58,332 nt of DNA, taken from positions 1 to 58,332 of the forward strand of contig JABANN010000168.1 of assembly GCA_013115125.1 (NCBI GenBank). The letters run 5' to 3'. Below are positions 23,295 through 36,357 of the stretch, piece after piece. Below the pieces are notes generated by a model. That model was not told where the DNA came from, did no database searches, and saw nothing but the letters and a program-made list of their open reading frames with translations. Source of the stretch: Perkinsus olseni (Eukaryota). A program made the translations under genes and the position numbers. The first letter of the stretch is position 1. Each line of letters begins with the position of its first letter.

Positions 23295-26200
23295 ATGCCC
23301 CCGCCGCATCCGAACGCCCTGTCGGGGCTTCCCAGAGGTATAATGGAGAATCTTAGAGTTTTGGAACTGTCGACTTATATCGCGGGACCAGGAGCTGGTC
23401 TTATCTTCACCGAACTCGGCGCTACTACTATCAAGGTAAGGCAATTCTTCTTTACCGCGCAGGCAGCACGATTCCGGTCGCTCATCTTGGGATTGGTAGT
23501 CTGTTGTCGTGGATATTAGCCCACAACATCCACATGACACTCATTGGCATTTGTTGCTTTCGAAAGGTTGAGACACCGTCGACAGACGGGTCGAATGCCG
23601 GTGGCGACCCCATGCGGCAGCTTCTGCTGCCTTTTGAGCCCGGCAGACCCCACAGCAGCATTTTTGAGATGTTCAATCGTGGCAAGGAGAGCATTTGTCT
23701 CAATCTGAAGAAGGAGAAGGTGGCCTCAGCTCCGCTCTTCTGTTGAACTACCCCGCGGCCTCTCAGGATATTCAACTATTCTGGGAGCTCCTCAAGGAGG
23801 CTGACGTTTTCATAACTAATGTCCGTATTGACTCGCTGTGCAGTCTTGGCATCGACCACCGGACAGTCTGTGCGCAACTACCGTCTTTGATCTACGTCCT
23901 GATGACGGCCTGGGGGACCAAGGGACAAGGATATCAAAAGCCCGGTAACAGAGACAGTCAGGATAGGCCACCATCCCCTCGCTTCTGGAGTGTCGATCCC
24001 CTCCGCGTTGAAATCGCAAGCAGAGCGATGCATTCTCACAGCCGGATCGTGAGCTTCAGAAATACCACGGCTTGCACTGGAGGGATTCTATACTCGTCCA
24101 TGGTGACAAGCGCATCGTTGCTCGGATTTTACGGCGGCATTCGACCTTGCCATGTCTCAGGGTATGATGTTGGAGCTTTCTGGGCAGCTAGTGGGGCTAC
24201 ATGGGTTCTACACGAGGAAGGGGCTTACTCTATTTTCCCACTAGGACTGGGTGATTCTACCACGGCATGCGCTGCTGTCGCGGGCATCGCCACAGCTCTC
24301 TACAGGAGAATGAGCACCGGCAAGGGGCAACTGGTGAGTCAGCATCGAGGCTGTGAGTGCACCGCGGACGTCAGGTGGACTGCTCTCTGCTGCACGTGGG
24401 CAGTTGGTGCATGTCGTACGAGTACGGACTAGATAAGCCGGGGAGGACTGGTCGGAGGGAAGATCAATATCTGCATCTCCCTGACGGAGAGTGGGTGGCG
24501 GTTTTGGATGCAGCGGATGTACCGAAGGCTAGGCTGGCTATCAAGGGGTGCAAGAGACAGGCGGACGGTTTCGCTGCTCTAGCGAAAAATAGGGTGCCGT
24601 GCTTCCCGATCCGCACAGGCACTGTCAAGTACTACCATATTTCCGTGACCACTCACCTCGAGAAATCGCGGCAGGTACTTCGAAGAGTTTCCCGAAGACC
24701 CAGTCATCAAGCCGTGTCTGGTGAAGTCACCTGCGGTGGATAAGACTTGCATTCTTTCGGCCATTCCCTTCCACGTCACGGGCATGAAGCCCCCTAAAAG
24801 CGGAGCACCCGTCTTCAACGCCCAGGAGAACTTGGTGCGAAGGAGAGGGTTCCAAGAGGCGGGGCCTCGCCGCTTCCTGCCATCGGAGATTACCAAGGCC
24901 CCAGTGAGGGCTCTAGAGGGGGTGGTCGTTGTGGAGCTGTCTGTGGGCGACTGCTTGGGCATTCGAGCTGCCGGCGCGATCTTGGCTGACTACGGCGCGA
25001 CGGTGGTCACCTGCAATATGCTGCCTGATAGTCACTTCGAGCGAGGGAAGCACTCAGTGACAGTAGCTGAAATCCACCAACTCTTCCGGGAAAAGGGCAA
25101 GGTTACCGGCGTCATATGCGAGCAGAGCGACAAGTGGCTGAGGGATAACGGCCTGGATGCCTACCTTGCTGATGGCGATGACATGATCGTGCTGAGATTC
25201 AGAACGGGTGAGTCTGATCATCAACTAGAGTAACCATATCGCTCTCGTCCTCTCCAGGTATGGGTATCGAGAAGGATGGTAGCCCTCAGTATCACACTGA
25301 TTTCGCGGGCTGGTGGGTCCGATCGGGCATGATTAGCCTGGTCAAAGGAATTGGTGGTCGCGCGCTGCCTAGACTCCCCTGGCACTACGGGGACCTTCTT
25401 ATCTCGACCCAAGTGAGGCCGCTACCCGTTGCTGCTGCTGCGCGCATCACCATGCACAGTTCCTATCTGGCTTCCCTCGTTAGGTGTGTGCCGGCTTCCT
25501 CTGTGGTCTGCTGCACCGTCGTATGGCAGCCCAGGGTATTGCAGTGAACATGTCATACATCCGCAGCGGCATGTGGAATGGAGGCTCAACGGTAAGCTTA
25601 GTAGCAACCGTTGTCTTCCCTGCGAGAACTGCTAGGCTGAAGGACCTAGGCTCTCGATAGTTGCCCGATTGGAACCGACGTGTGCCGCGGTTCTCAGTTG
25701 GCTCCAGTAGTGGCAGTTCCCACACTATGCACTCTGGTGCTCAAGAACTACGAGATTTGCCGAAGGACTTGGCCTCTGATCACCTGCAACAGCCACCGCA
25801 CCAAGGACGGGGTCTGGATACAGATGCTCTGTAAGTCGGGCAGAAATCCTCTAGTCGGGTCAAAGGAAAGACGAGAAGGCACCGGCCTACTCGGACGAGT
25901 CTTCTCAGGTGTGGAGTCGGGCAGAGGTCTGAAGTGCTTCTGGGCGGCTATGGGGCCCTGGTACCGTGCCCGCCTGCTGAACGCGGTCTCCAAGGGCGGC
26001 GCTGACTACCTGTAGGTCCCCCAGAGGTTTCGTGGTGTGAGCTGCTTCTCCCTTGGCCTTATTGTGGCTGGAAAGCATCATCCATGGGACAGGCTGCTGC
26101 TCTCAGATGGGCCAAGTTGTCGCCTTTCGATCACTCATCCATGGTGGAAAGGTCGGCCCCCCTGCTGGGGTACCTTTTTGACGTTATCGAGTCCTTCATC

Positions 26201-26498
26201 TCGAATCACACTATAGAGGAGATGGAACACTTGGATGAAACTTATGGGCTTTGGTTCACCAGGTACGACTCCCAAGGGCCGGGCGCGCTCGATTTGATCT
26301 CCCTTGTCTGTCAGAATCAACAAGCCCGAAGACGCGTGTCGCGTAGAGCAAGCTCACGACACCGGTATCTGGGGCACTGCCGCGAACGGGAAGAAGTTTG
26401 TCACCGCGCCATTCAATCTGTCTGACTGTCCTCCAGTACGATCTGGAGTACGTCCCCTGGCAGAGCCTGGCGTGCTTACCCAGTTGTCCAGGCTATAG
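23295..26498 (+). CDS. CoA-transferase family III (CaiB/BaiF) with two tandem domains, multi-exon
   Basis: Domain 1: LRVLELSTYIAGP...LGATTIKVE...GDPMR...NRGKESICLNLK...ADVFITN...GYDVGA. Domain 2: LEGVVVVELS...AGAILADYGATV...ERGKHSV. Confidence 0.88.
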
Positions 26499-27113
26499 TG
26501 GTTTAGAACTGTCGTAAGCTACCGTCGATCGTCACCACTGCTCTGAGCCATCACTACGTTGTTGTGGCTACGCATATCCTCCAACGCCGCTGAATCCCCC
26601 TGAAAAAGTTCCTGAGTCGTTCACCTATCTTCGCCGTCTGTCAGGCCTCCTTTCCCGTGGTAGCTGAGTGGCAGCCTTTGACCCCTCCTGTAACATCATC
26701 CATACCACATGCCATTTGTCTCCAGCGGTTATTTGTTCACTAACCAACCATTATTAGTACCCCCCTCCCCATCATGTGTGACTCCACCTCCTCCGTAGTC
26801 GCTATTGGAGCCCATCGCTAAGTACGCTCTCTGGCCGGGTTCTCCTAAGATTTGATTTTTAGAACACGGAAGTGTCGCGTTGGGTCTCTCCAGGCCTTGT
26901 GTCGTGGACGGTAATGCTCTCGGTAGACGACTGAGCGTAGCGGAGCGTGTGGTGAAGTGTGGAGGAGGAACTGGCAGATGGTGCCTCGCTGCTACCGGCT
27001 TCTGGATTGATATAACAGTCTCGGCGTATGCCTCGATAGGTTCACTGGTTATTGAATCAGAAATCGTGTTGTCTCGGCATCATCAGTTTTGCTATTCAGA
27101 GCTAGTTTTATCG

Positions 27114-28108
27114 ATGAGCGGCCGCCGGTTAGGAGACGGCAGAGCAGCGAAGAAGCAATGCACGATGGACAGGTTCCTCACACGACCAAAACGCCTCGCG
27201 GGCCAACCCCTGGTAGTAGGAGTTGGGGCGAATAAGCTGATACGAACTTTTCCTCTGCGTTGCAACGCCGAAGGATTCTCGTCGCTGGCGGTTGTGGTTT
27301 ATGAGACGGAGTGCATCTGCACCGTCGAGGCGGATATTGTGTCCATTCTGCAGCCCCGAATGATATCAGTGGATATGGATGGAACTGTGGCTGACATCAC
27401 CAAACGGCTGGACTATGCCACAAGGCACGCTGGTACCGACACAGGCCCCAGGTACGCAGGTCCGAACGCCCTGCTCGGATTACAGAGCCCTTTCAGGTTC
27501 TATAATATCCTTCTCAACGGTTCTCTGTACAAGATGGATGAGCCGATCACGATGGCCCGGGAGTTTCTCGAGAAGTAAGGGGCCGCGCAGTCATCTGAGA
27601 GAGTCAGTCCCGGGGTCAGATACGCAGCCTCGAGGGGAGACATAGTGTATTTGTCGGGTCGTCGGGCGGGGACGGAAGGCCAATCGAACGCGTGGCTTCG
27701 GCAACATGGCTTTCCTAGCGGCCGGATAATTCACCGAAGGAGTGGTACTAGCTCGAGTGGGATGAGCACGCGATAGTTATCAGTGTCAGGGCAAAACTCG
27801 CATTACTTCAAGCAGAATACATTGCTGAGCCTGAAGAGGTCTCACGACGTTGAAGCCCATTTTGGGGATCGGCCGAGTGATGACGGCGGAGCAGCGGCGG
27901 GAGCCGACGTCCGATTCATTCAAGTACGGAGCGAAGCATTCTGGTTGCTCATGACCGTTGAGCTCGTCAGGTCAGCGCTTCTCACTGGCCGACATTTGAG
28001 GAGGTCTTCGGGCAGCGTGTGGAGCCGTCATCATCTACTCCGTCTCAAACTGATAACACCAACTCGAATGAAGCTGAGGAGGCAACAGTGGAGCCCATCC
28101 GGGCATAG
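27114..28108 (+). CDS. HAD-superfamily phosphatase (PNKP/LNS2-like C-terminal phosphatase fold), multi-exon
   Basis: Motif I SVDMDGTVAD, motif II VYLSGR, WLRQHGFP, motif III Lys (YFK) and motif IV HFGDRPSDD. Confidence 0.75.
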
Positions 28109-28357
28109 TTCTCGGTTAGGCCAACGTCCATTAAACTTAGCCATCCGTCGAGTCCTCTGGGTCGTGTACGATGTAGCCTTTCAAGGGGAGCGAGAGTGAT
28201 GAGTTAGAGTTTCAGTCGTATTGCTGCCAACTGTTGGTTGCAATGGGGCTCCTCTCAGGGATGGCCGAAGTTTCTTCTATTGCCCTACTTGCCCTTCTAT
28301 TCTCTCGGTGGGAGTTGCTCAATCTGTCGGATTCAGCACGTAATTTCCTATTCATTC

Positions 28358-29354
28358 ATGGAGCCCACTTCCGCAGAGTCCGAGACTCAGCAGCCTCGCG
28401 AGACCGCCGAGGCTCCCGACACTGGATGCCTCACCGGCTGGGAGTGGATCACGCCGGAAGTGGTCACCAAATTCTCCTGCGCTACGGATGAGTTCCTATG
28501 CCCGGCCTCCGCCAACACGTACGGGATAGACTTCCTGGGCTTCACAGTACGCGACGTGGACTCGGGTGTCAAGTTGCTTGAGATAACGAAGGTAGTATTA
28601 TCGTGTCCCGTAACTCGATATGCCATAGCGCTGGCTTGGATCTCCTCGCATCAATATACTGGAGGCTCGGTCCTGGCGGCGTGAGCTGGTGCTCAGATCT
28701 CTGGTTCTTTAGGATCCCCCAAATCCGGGTGCAAGCAGCAGCAGTTCCGTTCCTAAGCCTGAGGAAGATACCCAGCAGCGCAGTATCCGCTACCACTTCG
28801 GTCCTGAGTTCCTCGATCTCAGAAATATCGGGACCAAGTAGGGCATTCGTCGCGGCCTCATCCTGTCACTGCCAGTGGTTCAGACTGGAGTTTTCTGTCG
28901 GGGAGAAGCCGATACGGAACTTCCGTATGATCGAGCGTCACTACTACAAGGACAAGATCCTCAAATCCTACGACTTCGCTATGCCCTATTGTATCCCCAA
29001 TACGGTCAACACTTGGGAGGTGGGTTTCTCTGTCGGCACGCTACATAGCTGACCGTCCCGGGCGAGCGAGTTCCGCGGTCCCGCCATTGTCGCTGGCTAC
29101 TGGGGGTTTAGAGTCTCGTCTGCGAGTGGTGACTCTAGGTGATATACGAGCTGCCTGAGCTTACGGATGAGCAGAAGAAGGAGCTGATTGACAATCCCTG
29201 GGAGACCAAGAGCGATAGCTTCTACTTTGTGGATGATATCCTCGTCATGCACCACAAGGTGGGTAGCCAGCCGCTACCTAAGATCTTCCCCCAGGCAGAC
29301 TTCCTAGGCTTCTCCTATCAGGCGGACTACAGCTACGCTGACGAGATGGACTAA
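28358..29354 (+). CDS. UNC119: UNC119 lipid-binding chaperone (GMP-PDE delta family), multi-exon
   Basis: [14 protein letters not shown]...[74 protein letters not shown]. Confidence 0.95.
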
Positions 29355-29868
29355 TCTTCGCTCCACCAGCATGTTGAAGCTTGCGTGGCTCATGTATATA
29401 TGACTTCTCTAGAGGGAGCCACCGCAGTCTAGCGGTCGGAGGGAGTCTTGCGTTGGGTTATCGACAGCGCAATGGGTGATGTTAATGGCTGTATGCCCTA
29501 GCTCGGGTCCAAGCTGTGATAGCTATTCTCGGAAGCTAAGTTGGACTCACGAGTTTGGAGCGAATTGGTCATAGGGACAGCGGAATTGTGTAGGTCCCGA
29601 AGCTTCGGTGGCCAGGCCGGCCCTCCGGGTTTTCGTTCGCTCGCATGAGGGGTTTGCCTTATCTTCGTGACCCCCAGGTATAGCCTCGGGGAGTGCGTCT
29701 GCGAGCTCTTGCCTGCCGCCTCGGTCACACTGTGTTGATCCACAGCGGGACCGGCAAGATTCGGCCTTTTCTCTCTCGAGCCCTCGCAAGTGTAAGTTAG
29801 CATTGCTCTGTCTTAGCGTTGGTTATTCCGACTTTGTAACACCTTATTTCCCTGACTGACCTTCGCTC

Positions 29869-31726
29869 ATGGCTGCTTCCAATGAACCCGTGGTGAATAC
29901 CGTGTCCGCTGGCGAGGCCGGCGCGTCCGAGAAGAACAAATTCGTGACCGTCACCAAGGGCGCCTACACCCGGATGGTCATCATCGGTATCGGCTATTTG
30001 TTCCCCATCTCTGGTGAGCCATCGAATCCTGTTTCCGCTGGTACAGGACTGCTTCTTTTCTTCAGCTATCTGGGCCGCCTTTGACTACTGGAAGACTCTC
30101 TTTCCCGATAAGAACATCGAGTTCGTGGTCACCTGCTTGTACCAGTTCGGCTCCGTGATGACGGTTCTGATTCTCTCCCTGGGCAAGTCCATGAAGTTCC
30201 ACCGCCGGATCCTTGGCGGCTTCAGCGGACAGTTCTGCTGCTTGTTCGTCATCTTCCTCTTCCGTTGGTTGGGCCTCCCCGTTAACGTGGTCTACGGCAT
30301 CCTGCTCGGCCTGGTGTAAGTACCCTAGTCGCTTCGGGAAGTGGTTGTTGGAGTAGTGGACTGGTGAGGGCGGTCGTTACAGGTTCTTGATGTCCGTCGT
30401 CACCGGTTTCTTGGACTCGGCTCTTCTAGCTCTCAACTCTCAATACTCGCCCAAGATGCAGGAGGCTCTCCAGATCGGCATCGGTACGTCCCTCTGTGTG
30501 CAGGTTCGCCTTGTCGATCACTACTGGTTTCCTTGATTCCGCTTTATTCGCACTCAACTCGCAATATTCGCCTAAGATGCAAGAAGCGCTTCAGATCGGC
30601 ATTGGTACGCCTTTACTGTGGCGCGGAGTGGGCCGTCACTCAGGCGTTTTCTTGACTCGGATCAGAGTGTTTGAGTTCTCTTGTTTCTTGCAGGCTTCTC
30701 CACCTTCGTGTCCGTCGTCTACAGAGATATCACCAAGCTCATTTCGACGTCCCAGGCTAACTCAACATCTATCTACTTCTTGGCGGCCCTCGCAACAGTA
30801 AGCACAGCTGGGCAGCGACCGCGTTACGTTCCTCAATCCCGCTCCTCTGCAGGTGATTGTGTGCATCTCGGCTTACGTGTCCCTCATGAGGATGCCTATC
30901 TCGGCCCACATCCACGAGGAGGATGCCAGCTCTCGTCAGCAGCCTCTATTAGGTAGGCTCGTCGCGGTGCTGTCAATTTGCAAAGACGTATCCTTCGTTG
31001 ATTCTCAGAGAAGAAAGAAGAGGAGGAAGTTAACATTTGGAAGGTTCTCCGCAGAGTGTGGTTCAACGAGCTCGTGATCTTCCTCAACTTCCTCTTGACT
31101 ACCGCTTGCTACCCTGCTGTAAGTCTATGGCCTCTGTCGTCAAACGCCTTGGACCTCTCCCGTTCATGATCAGATCCTTACGGCCATCCCCTGTTACACT
31201 CTAACGGTCCTCGCCCCTGCTCACTGGTACCAGACTATTCTGTTGTCCGTCTTCACAGTCTTCGACGTCATCGCTCGATTCTGTGTCCGTCATCGCGGCC
31301 CTCTCTATTACGGGAACATCTGGATCACTGCGGCTGTTCGTGAGTGTGCTGCTGTCGTTTGTCAGCCTGACGGTAGATGTGGTTCTTCTCAGGTATGTGT
31401 ATCTTCCCTCTGGTCGTCTTGTGCGCCACGGGCACTTTCCGCAACGACTGGTTCTCCATGTTCATTGTCGCTCTCTTCGGCTTCGGTAACGGCTTCGCTG
31501 GCAGTCTCTCTTTGATCACTATCAACGAGATTCCCGGTCTTTCCGGCCCCGAGCTCAAGGCGACCGGTCGTTTCTCTGCTGTGGCGGTGAACTCTGGTGA
31601 GATGAGGGCTCTTCGAGCAGCTCACGGCGGGGATATGCTTTCGTCTAATTGTTCGTCTCCTCCTCAGGTCTCTGTGTCGGTGGTTTCGTAGCCATGGGTC
31701 TTGGCGTCTGGCTCGGATTGGCATAA
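29869..31726 (+). CDS. Equilibrative nucleoside transporter (ENT/SLC29), multi-exon, with a duplicated alternative exon
   Basis: IGIGYLFP...AAFDYW, QALQIG-like TM5 entry, NFLLTTACYPA, FTVFDVIAR and FGFGNGF motifs with multiple hydrophobic segments; ends GLGVWLGLA*. Confidence 0.92.
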
Positions 31727-31997
31727 ACAGTGGGCTGAGAGCCGACGCCCTACGACGTCGGCAGCTGGTTGGTGACGTTGAATGCAGCTGCTGCTCTGAG
31801 TATCTCGAAATGATACATTAGTATTGTACTTTACTGCCACTACGATAATTGTTCGAAACAAAGGTTTTTTCCTGAAGTGGGAGTGTGCTTGGCCAACTGA
31901 TGTTGAGTTAGTTCTGAGCTGAGTGTCGAATACCATGTTGAACGCGTGAGAAGCTATTTATACTGAAAAACTCAACGCAAGGCTCGTGTGAGAAGTT

Positions 31998-33040
31998 CTA
32001 CTGCAATCTCGTCAAGGGTGAGACACGAGTTTTCCATCGTGTCCTTAACTTCAGCTCAGTTTCGATCACAATCTTGGCACACTGTAGGCGGTAGGTGTCG
32101 GCTTTGTCCAGTGGCCGAAGTCCCTTCATGGCCTTGTCGTTAGCCTCCAAGCACACCTGGGCCATTTTATCATTCACTATTCCTCTGGAGGAAAGGTAAC
32201 CCTTCAAGTCATCCGGTATGATCTTGTCGTCGTCCACATCCACAGCGAAAGCGGCATCAAAGACTTCGATCGTTATGTAATGGTCGTGAGGGTTGTTGAG
32301 CTCAACGAACCCATGGGTTAACAAAAGCATCTCATTGGTGTACATGCCGTAGTTATTGAAAATCTCCTCACCCTTTTTCACCGCCCTCTCGGCCAGCATC
32401 TGGAAACCTTCTTCAACTTCCCGGACTCTCGTATGCCATGCAGTTGAGGAGTGGTTGAACTGATCCGCGAGAGGGATTACGCAGAGCCCGCAGACGTCCG
32501 ATTCGAACGCTCGTGACATCATAACCTCTACGGCCCACCGCACTGCCGCTTTAGAAGAACCGGGGCAGAGCTCAGCCACGCTGTCCACGACCTCTAAGGA
32601 GAGCTGATGCATCTCCCACACTGTGGTGCCTTCCAGACAGGCAAGCTCACCGGCTGACCACTCGAGAGGGTGGTCGAACTCGGCAGGCAAACTCTGCAAA
32701 TAGTCGTGGAAGGGCGAATCGGGGTCAGACTTGTACTTCACCAAGGAGGCGGCCAGCATCACCTGTGGTTCATACAGACCGTGAACTCCAGAAGGCGTTA
32801 CGCAGGAAGTGTGCGGAACATAGAGAAGCCGCTCGCCCTGACGAATATCGGCCGTTGCCGTGCAGCCGATCATACCGTTGGTGGCATGGAACCAGGAGAC
32901 GGCCGGGTGAAGTTGTATGCCTGATTTACAAAGATACCGGAAAGTCCGTTGATCACCTAACTACCGTGTTGACTGGCCCATCGCTCGGCTAGCGGCCCGC
33001 GAGCTGCCCTCCGTTGCTCGTCATCTGGAGTGAGATCCAT
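31998..33040 (-). CDS. SET-domain protein-lysine methyltransferase (Rubisco LSMT/SETD6-like), 2 exons
   Basis: MDLTPDD...WASQH/GIQLHP...; ATADIRQGERLLYVP, YLQSLP, SRAF, IPLADQFNHS, GEEIFNNYG, LLLTHGFV. Confidence 0.9.
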
Positions 33041-33122
33041 CAACTACTGTAGCGACCCATCGTTCCGTACTAAGGCAACGCAACATCTCGCGGACGTAAG
33101 GAATACGTGCATTTTACAAACG

Positions 33123-34242
33123 CTAATCACTGGCATCTTCACTAGAGGGGCTCTTCTCTCGATCAACGTCATCGGCACTGCGCACGGCACAGCCTTCAAA
33201 AGCTGTGAACACCGCTGCATTATAGCTCTCCATTCCGGGGTAAACTGACGCTCTCCTCGCCCGGGACCTTTTCGTCGGTTCAGTATCATCCTCACTCGTC
33301 ATCTCGCGAGAGCGCTTGGCCCCCTGCTTCACCGCTCCATTCTCATCGGCGCTATGCACCTCCTCAGAGACGACCGCAGGGGTACCCTGAGTCTCAGGTA
33401 CATCACTTGTTGCTGGTTGCTTTTCACCAGTAGAAGGTGTCAGATCGACGACGTAGAGGTCGGGGCCCACCGTCGTGACGCTGTGGTGATTCTCCTTAAA
33501 GCAGTGCATAGCCTTGGCATTCGCTATAGGGTCCCGAGATGGCTGCATCCAGATGAATTTCCGTGCATTATTCTGCTTTATCAAGTTGCGGATGGCGGCC
33601 AGGAGAAGATCGACGTCGGCTTCCCTGTAGATGAGGTCAGCGCCGAGAACCACGTCACAGTCGCCCAACTCGGCCGAGTCTTCCCCGGGCCAGGCCAGCG
33701 GCTTGGCCTGCAGGTCACATGTCCACGTCAGAACCGAATTAGCGCCGATGTTCCGCTTGGTCACATCGTTCAGCACCTCCGGCAGATCAGTGAGAGTCAC
33801 TTTACTGGCGTCAGCGGCAGCACATGCAAGACCACCAAGGCCACATCCGGAACCGAGCTCAATCACCCGTTTGCCGGAGACATCCAGGAGACTACCGCTG
33901 CCACTTTCGTCGATCAAACGGGAAGCGAGCTCAGCTGAGGATGGCCATACAGTAACACCCGTGTTGAGGGGATCCGCCTCTTCTTGGTCGAGCCCTTCTG
34001 ACGGGTTCGTGGCGGACAGCGAAGGGGCCCTGACAACGAGGACTGCGAGAGGGCCCAAAGGCGGCCAATGGTGTAGTACCTCTGATGGAGCATGATAATG
34101 CTGTTGCCGTGCTGGAATTGATACGGTTCTATGAACCTCGCTCGGAAGTCCGAGGAGCCAGCGGAGTCGGTGTTAGATGCAATTCTGAATTATACTACAC
34201 CTACCGAGAGGACCATGGCCGAGCGTCAGGGGGGCCACTCAT
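33123..34242 (-). CDS. Class I SAM-dependent lysine methyltransferase (METTL21/Methyltransf_16 family); start approximate
   Basis: TGVTVWPSS, KRVIELGSGCGLGG, VTLTDLP, LAW and DVVLGADLIY motifs. Confidence 0.88.
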
Positions 34243-34330
34243 AGAACCCAACGAGGGCAGAGGGTCAGAAACATCGTTTTGGGTGAACGGGGCAGTGAAT
34301 GATACGAAGACGTAGAATACGTTGGAGGAA

Positions 34331-36297
34331 TCAAGCTTTGGCAGCATCCACCATGTCGACATCATCAGTTTTCTCACCGGCTGAGCCCGCGTCAGCCTCA
34401 GCCTGGGAAGGCAGCGGCTCGGGAGGGCCAGCGATGATCCCGTTGGAGGCCCCTTCAGAGCAGGGAGATGTTACGGCAACTCCAGGCGGAGGCGGCAAAC
34501 CCTTGAACGTATCCGGTACAACCACAGGCTGCGGCTCAGGCGGAGGAGGCAGCTTCGGTTCGGCAGGTGCGGACAACTCTGGCGCCGCTTCTTCTGGTTC
34601 ACTGGCCGGAACAGTCTCGCTCTGTTGCTGAGGTTCTGCTGCCACCTCGGCAGCGGCAGCGGATGGAAGTGCGGCGGAGAGCAGCCCCTCTGGGGCACTG
34701 AACTTGACCACCGCAACTCTATTGTCTGTCTTCGGCTGCAGCAGCTCCGTGTTCTCATCATCACCCATTGAAACATACCTGGAATAAACACTGTCGGCAC
34801 AACCCTACTGACGCCGCAGCGCCAGACGAGGCCCTCAGCTTACGTGGGCCACACCCTCTGTCCGGTAGCCACGGCGATCCTACTGCAACTGACGGGCTCT
34901 ATTTGAGCGGCAACACACGGCGTACCCGAGGAGGACACGAGGCAGCTGCTCAGCAGCTCCCCAGTGAGAATGTCATACCTGTATCCAAAGACGTGCAGGG
35001 AGCAGCAAGCCGGAGGAGATGATACCAGAGGACGTGGCCGCTGTCGTCGCCAGTGGCCAGTATCCGACTATTGCCAAGGAATGAGAAGTCGAAGCGCTGG
35101 TTGGTCTTGCTCGCTCGGGGCAGTGTGGTGACAGGCTCCGTCCCCGAAGACCTTATGTCCCAGACACGCATGGAGGTGTCTGTCCGATGGCCACTGACCA
35201 GCAACCCTTGAGGAGACAACCTGGCCAACTGACGTCACGCATGGCTCGCGAAGAGGGGAGAGAACCGACTTGAGGGAGGTGATTCCACCACCATCCGGGG
35301 CCGACAGCATCTTAACGCATTTGGCGTTCTTCTTGGACCCATGGCGTTCGTCGTAAATCCCGATCGTTCTGAAGGAACCGCAAGAATCCCTCCCGATGAG
35401 AGGAGAAGACACTCACCGGCTATATGTACCCAAGGCGTAGCACTTGTCGTCAAGCCAGGCTGCCGCTGATACGATGCCACGCTGGCCAGTCTTCCCCTTG
35501 CGAGTCGACAGTACCTAGAGCATGGTGTCGTTGCTGCGGCCAGAGAGAGATTGAAGGCGCACTACACGATGGTAGGTGCTCTTGCCGGGGCGGGTGAGGT
35601 CCCACAACCAAACCTGGGGCTGCCCAGCAACACCACCGAGGAGCCGAGAGCCATCCTGGGAGAAAGAAAGGCACGAAGCCGCTGTGACCTCGTCAGTAAG
35701 GGAGAAACCTTGGTAACTGAGAGGACGCAATCGGGCCGTGTGGGAAGAGAAGGCGGGCCAACCTGGCAGCCACTTCTCCTGTTAGGAGGTTGACAAGATG
35801 GATCGGTCGGTCTCTGACGGAAACTGCATAGTGGAAGTCCGAAGGCCTGAGAACGGACTCAAGTCACAAGGGATGATCACTGGCTCAGCGAACAACGAGC
35901 AGGCTGAAGATTTCCCAGGGCCGTCCAAGATTCTACGGTCACAGCCACAAACGTGCTGACGGCCATTCGAGTTTGAGGCGGGTACTAGGCCCGACGAGAG
36001 CTACGAGGAGGTACCAGCTCGACGTGAATGAAGCACTCACTCGGACCCTAGTGGACACATCTCCATGGCCGTTATCGTCCCAGGAGCCCGCTCAGTCCGA
36101 ACCGGCCGCGCCAAGCCTTGGTCAGCGTCGAAGACTCGGCAGGTATTATCCGCAAAGTAGGACATCAAGTGCTTGCCTCTAGGGGCCCAGTAAACCCCTC
36201 TAGGGTAGTTGTTGTACGAACCATTGTAATCATCATAGGGGGTACTCACGGCACCGGCCGCATCACAGGAGATGGACGTCGGTGGACAGCCAGTCAT
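34331..36297 (-). CDS. WRAP53: Telomerase Cajal body protein 1 (WRAP53/TCAB1), WD40, multi-exon
   Basis: NYPRGVYWAPRG...ADNTCRVF, DEVTAASCLSFSQDGSRL...RPG, GGITSL, VWDIR, TNQRFDF and ATGQRVWP match the order of TCAB1 motifs; Pro/Glu-rich tail. Confidence 0.85.
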
Positions 36298-36357
36298 GAA
36301 AGCACTACTGACAGAAGACTGTCGAGCGCAGCGCGGAGAACCCAACAGGATAGGTGG

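Noticed and set aside
31998-34242. METTL21-SET fusion protein
   Set aside because: The METTL21-like frame stops at 33123-33125, and the SET gene has its own ATG at 33040 with a clean first intron.
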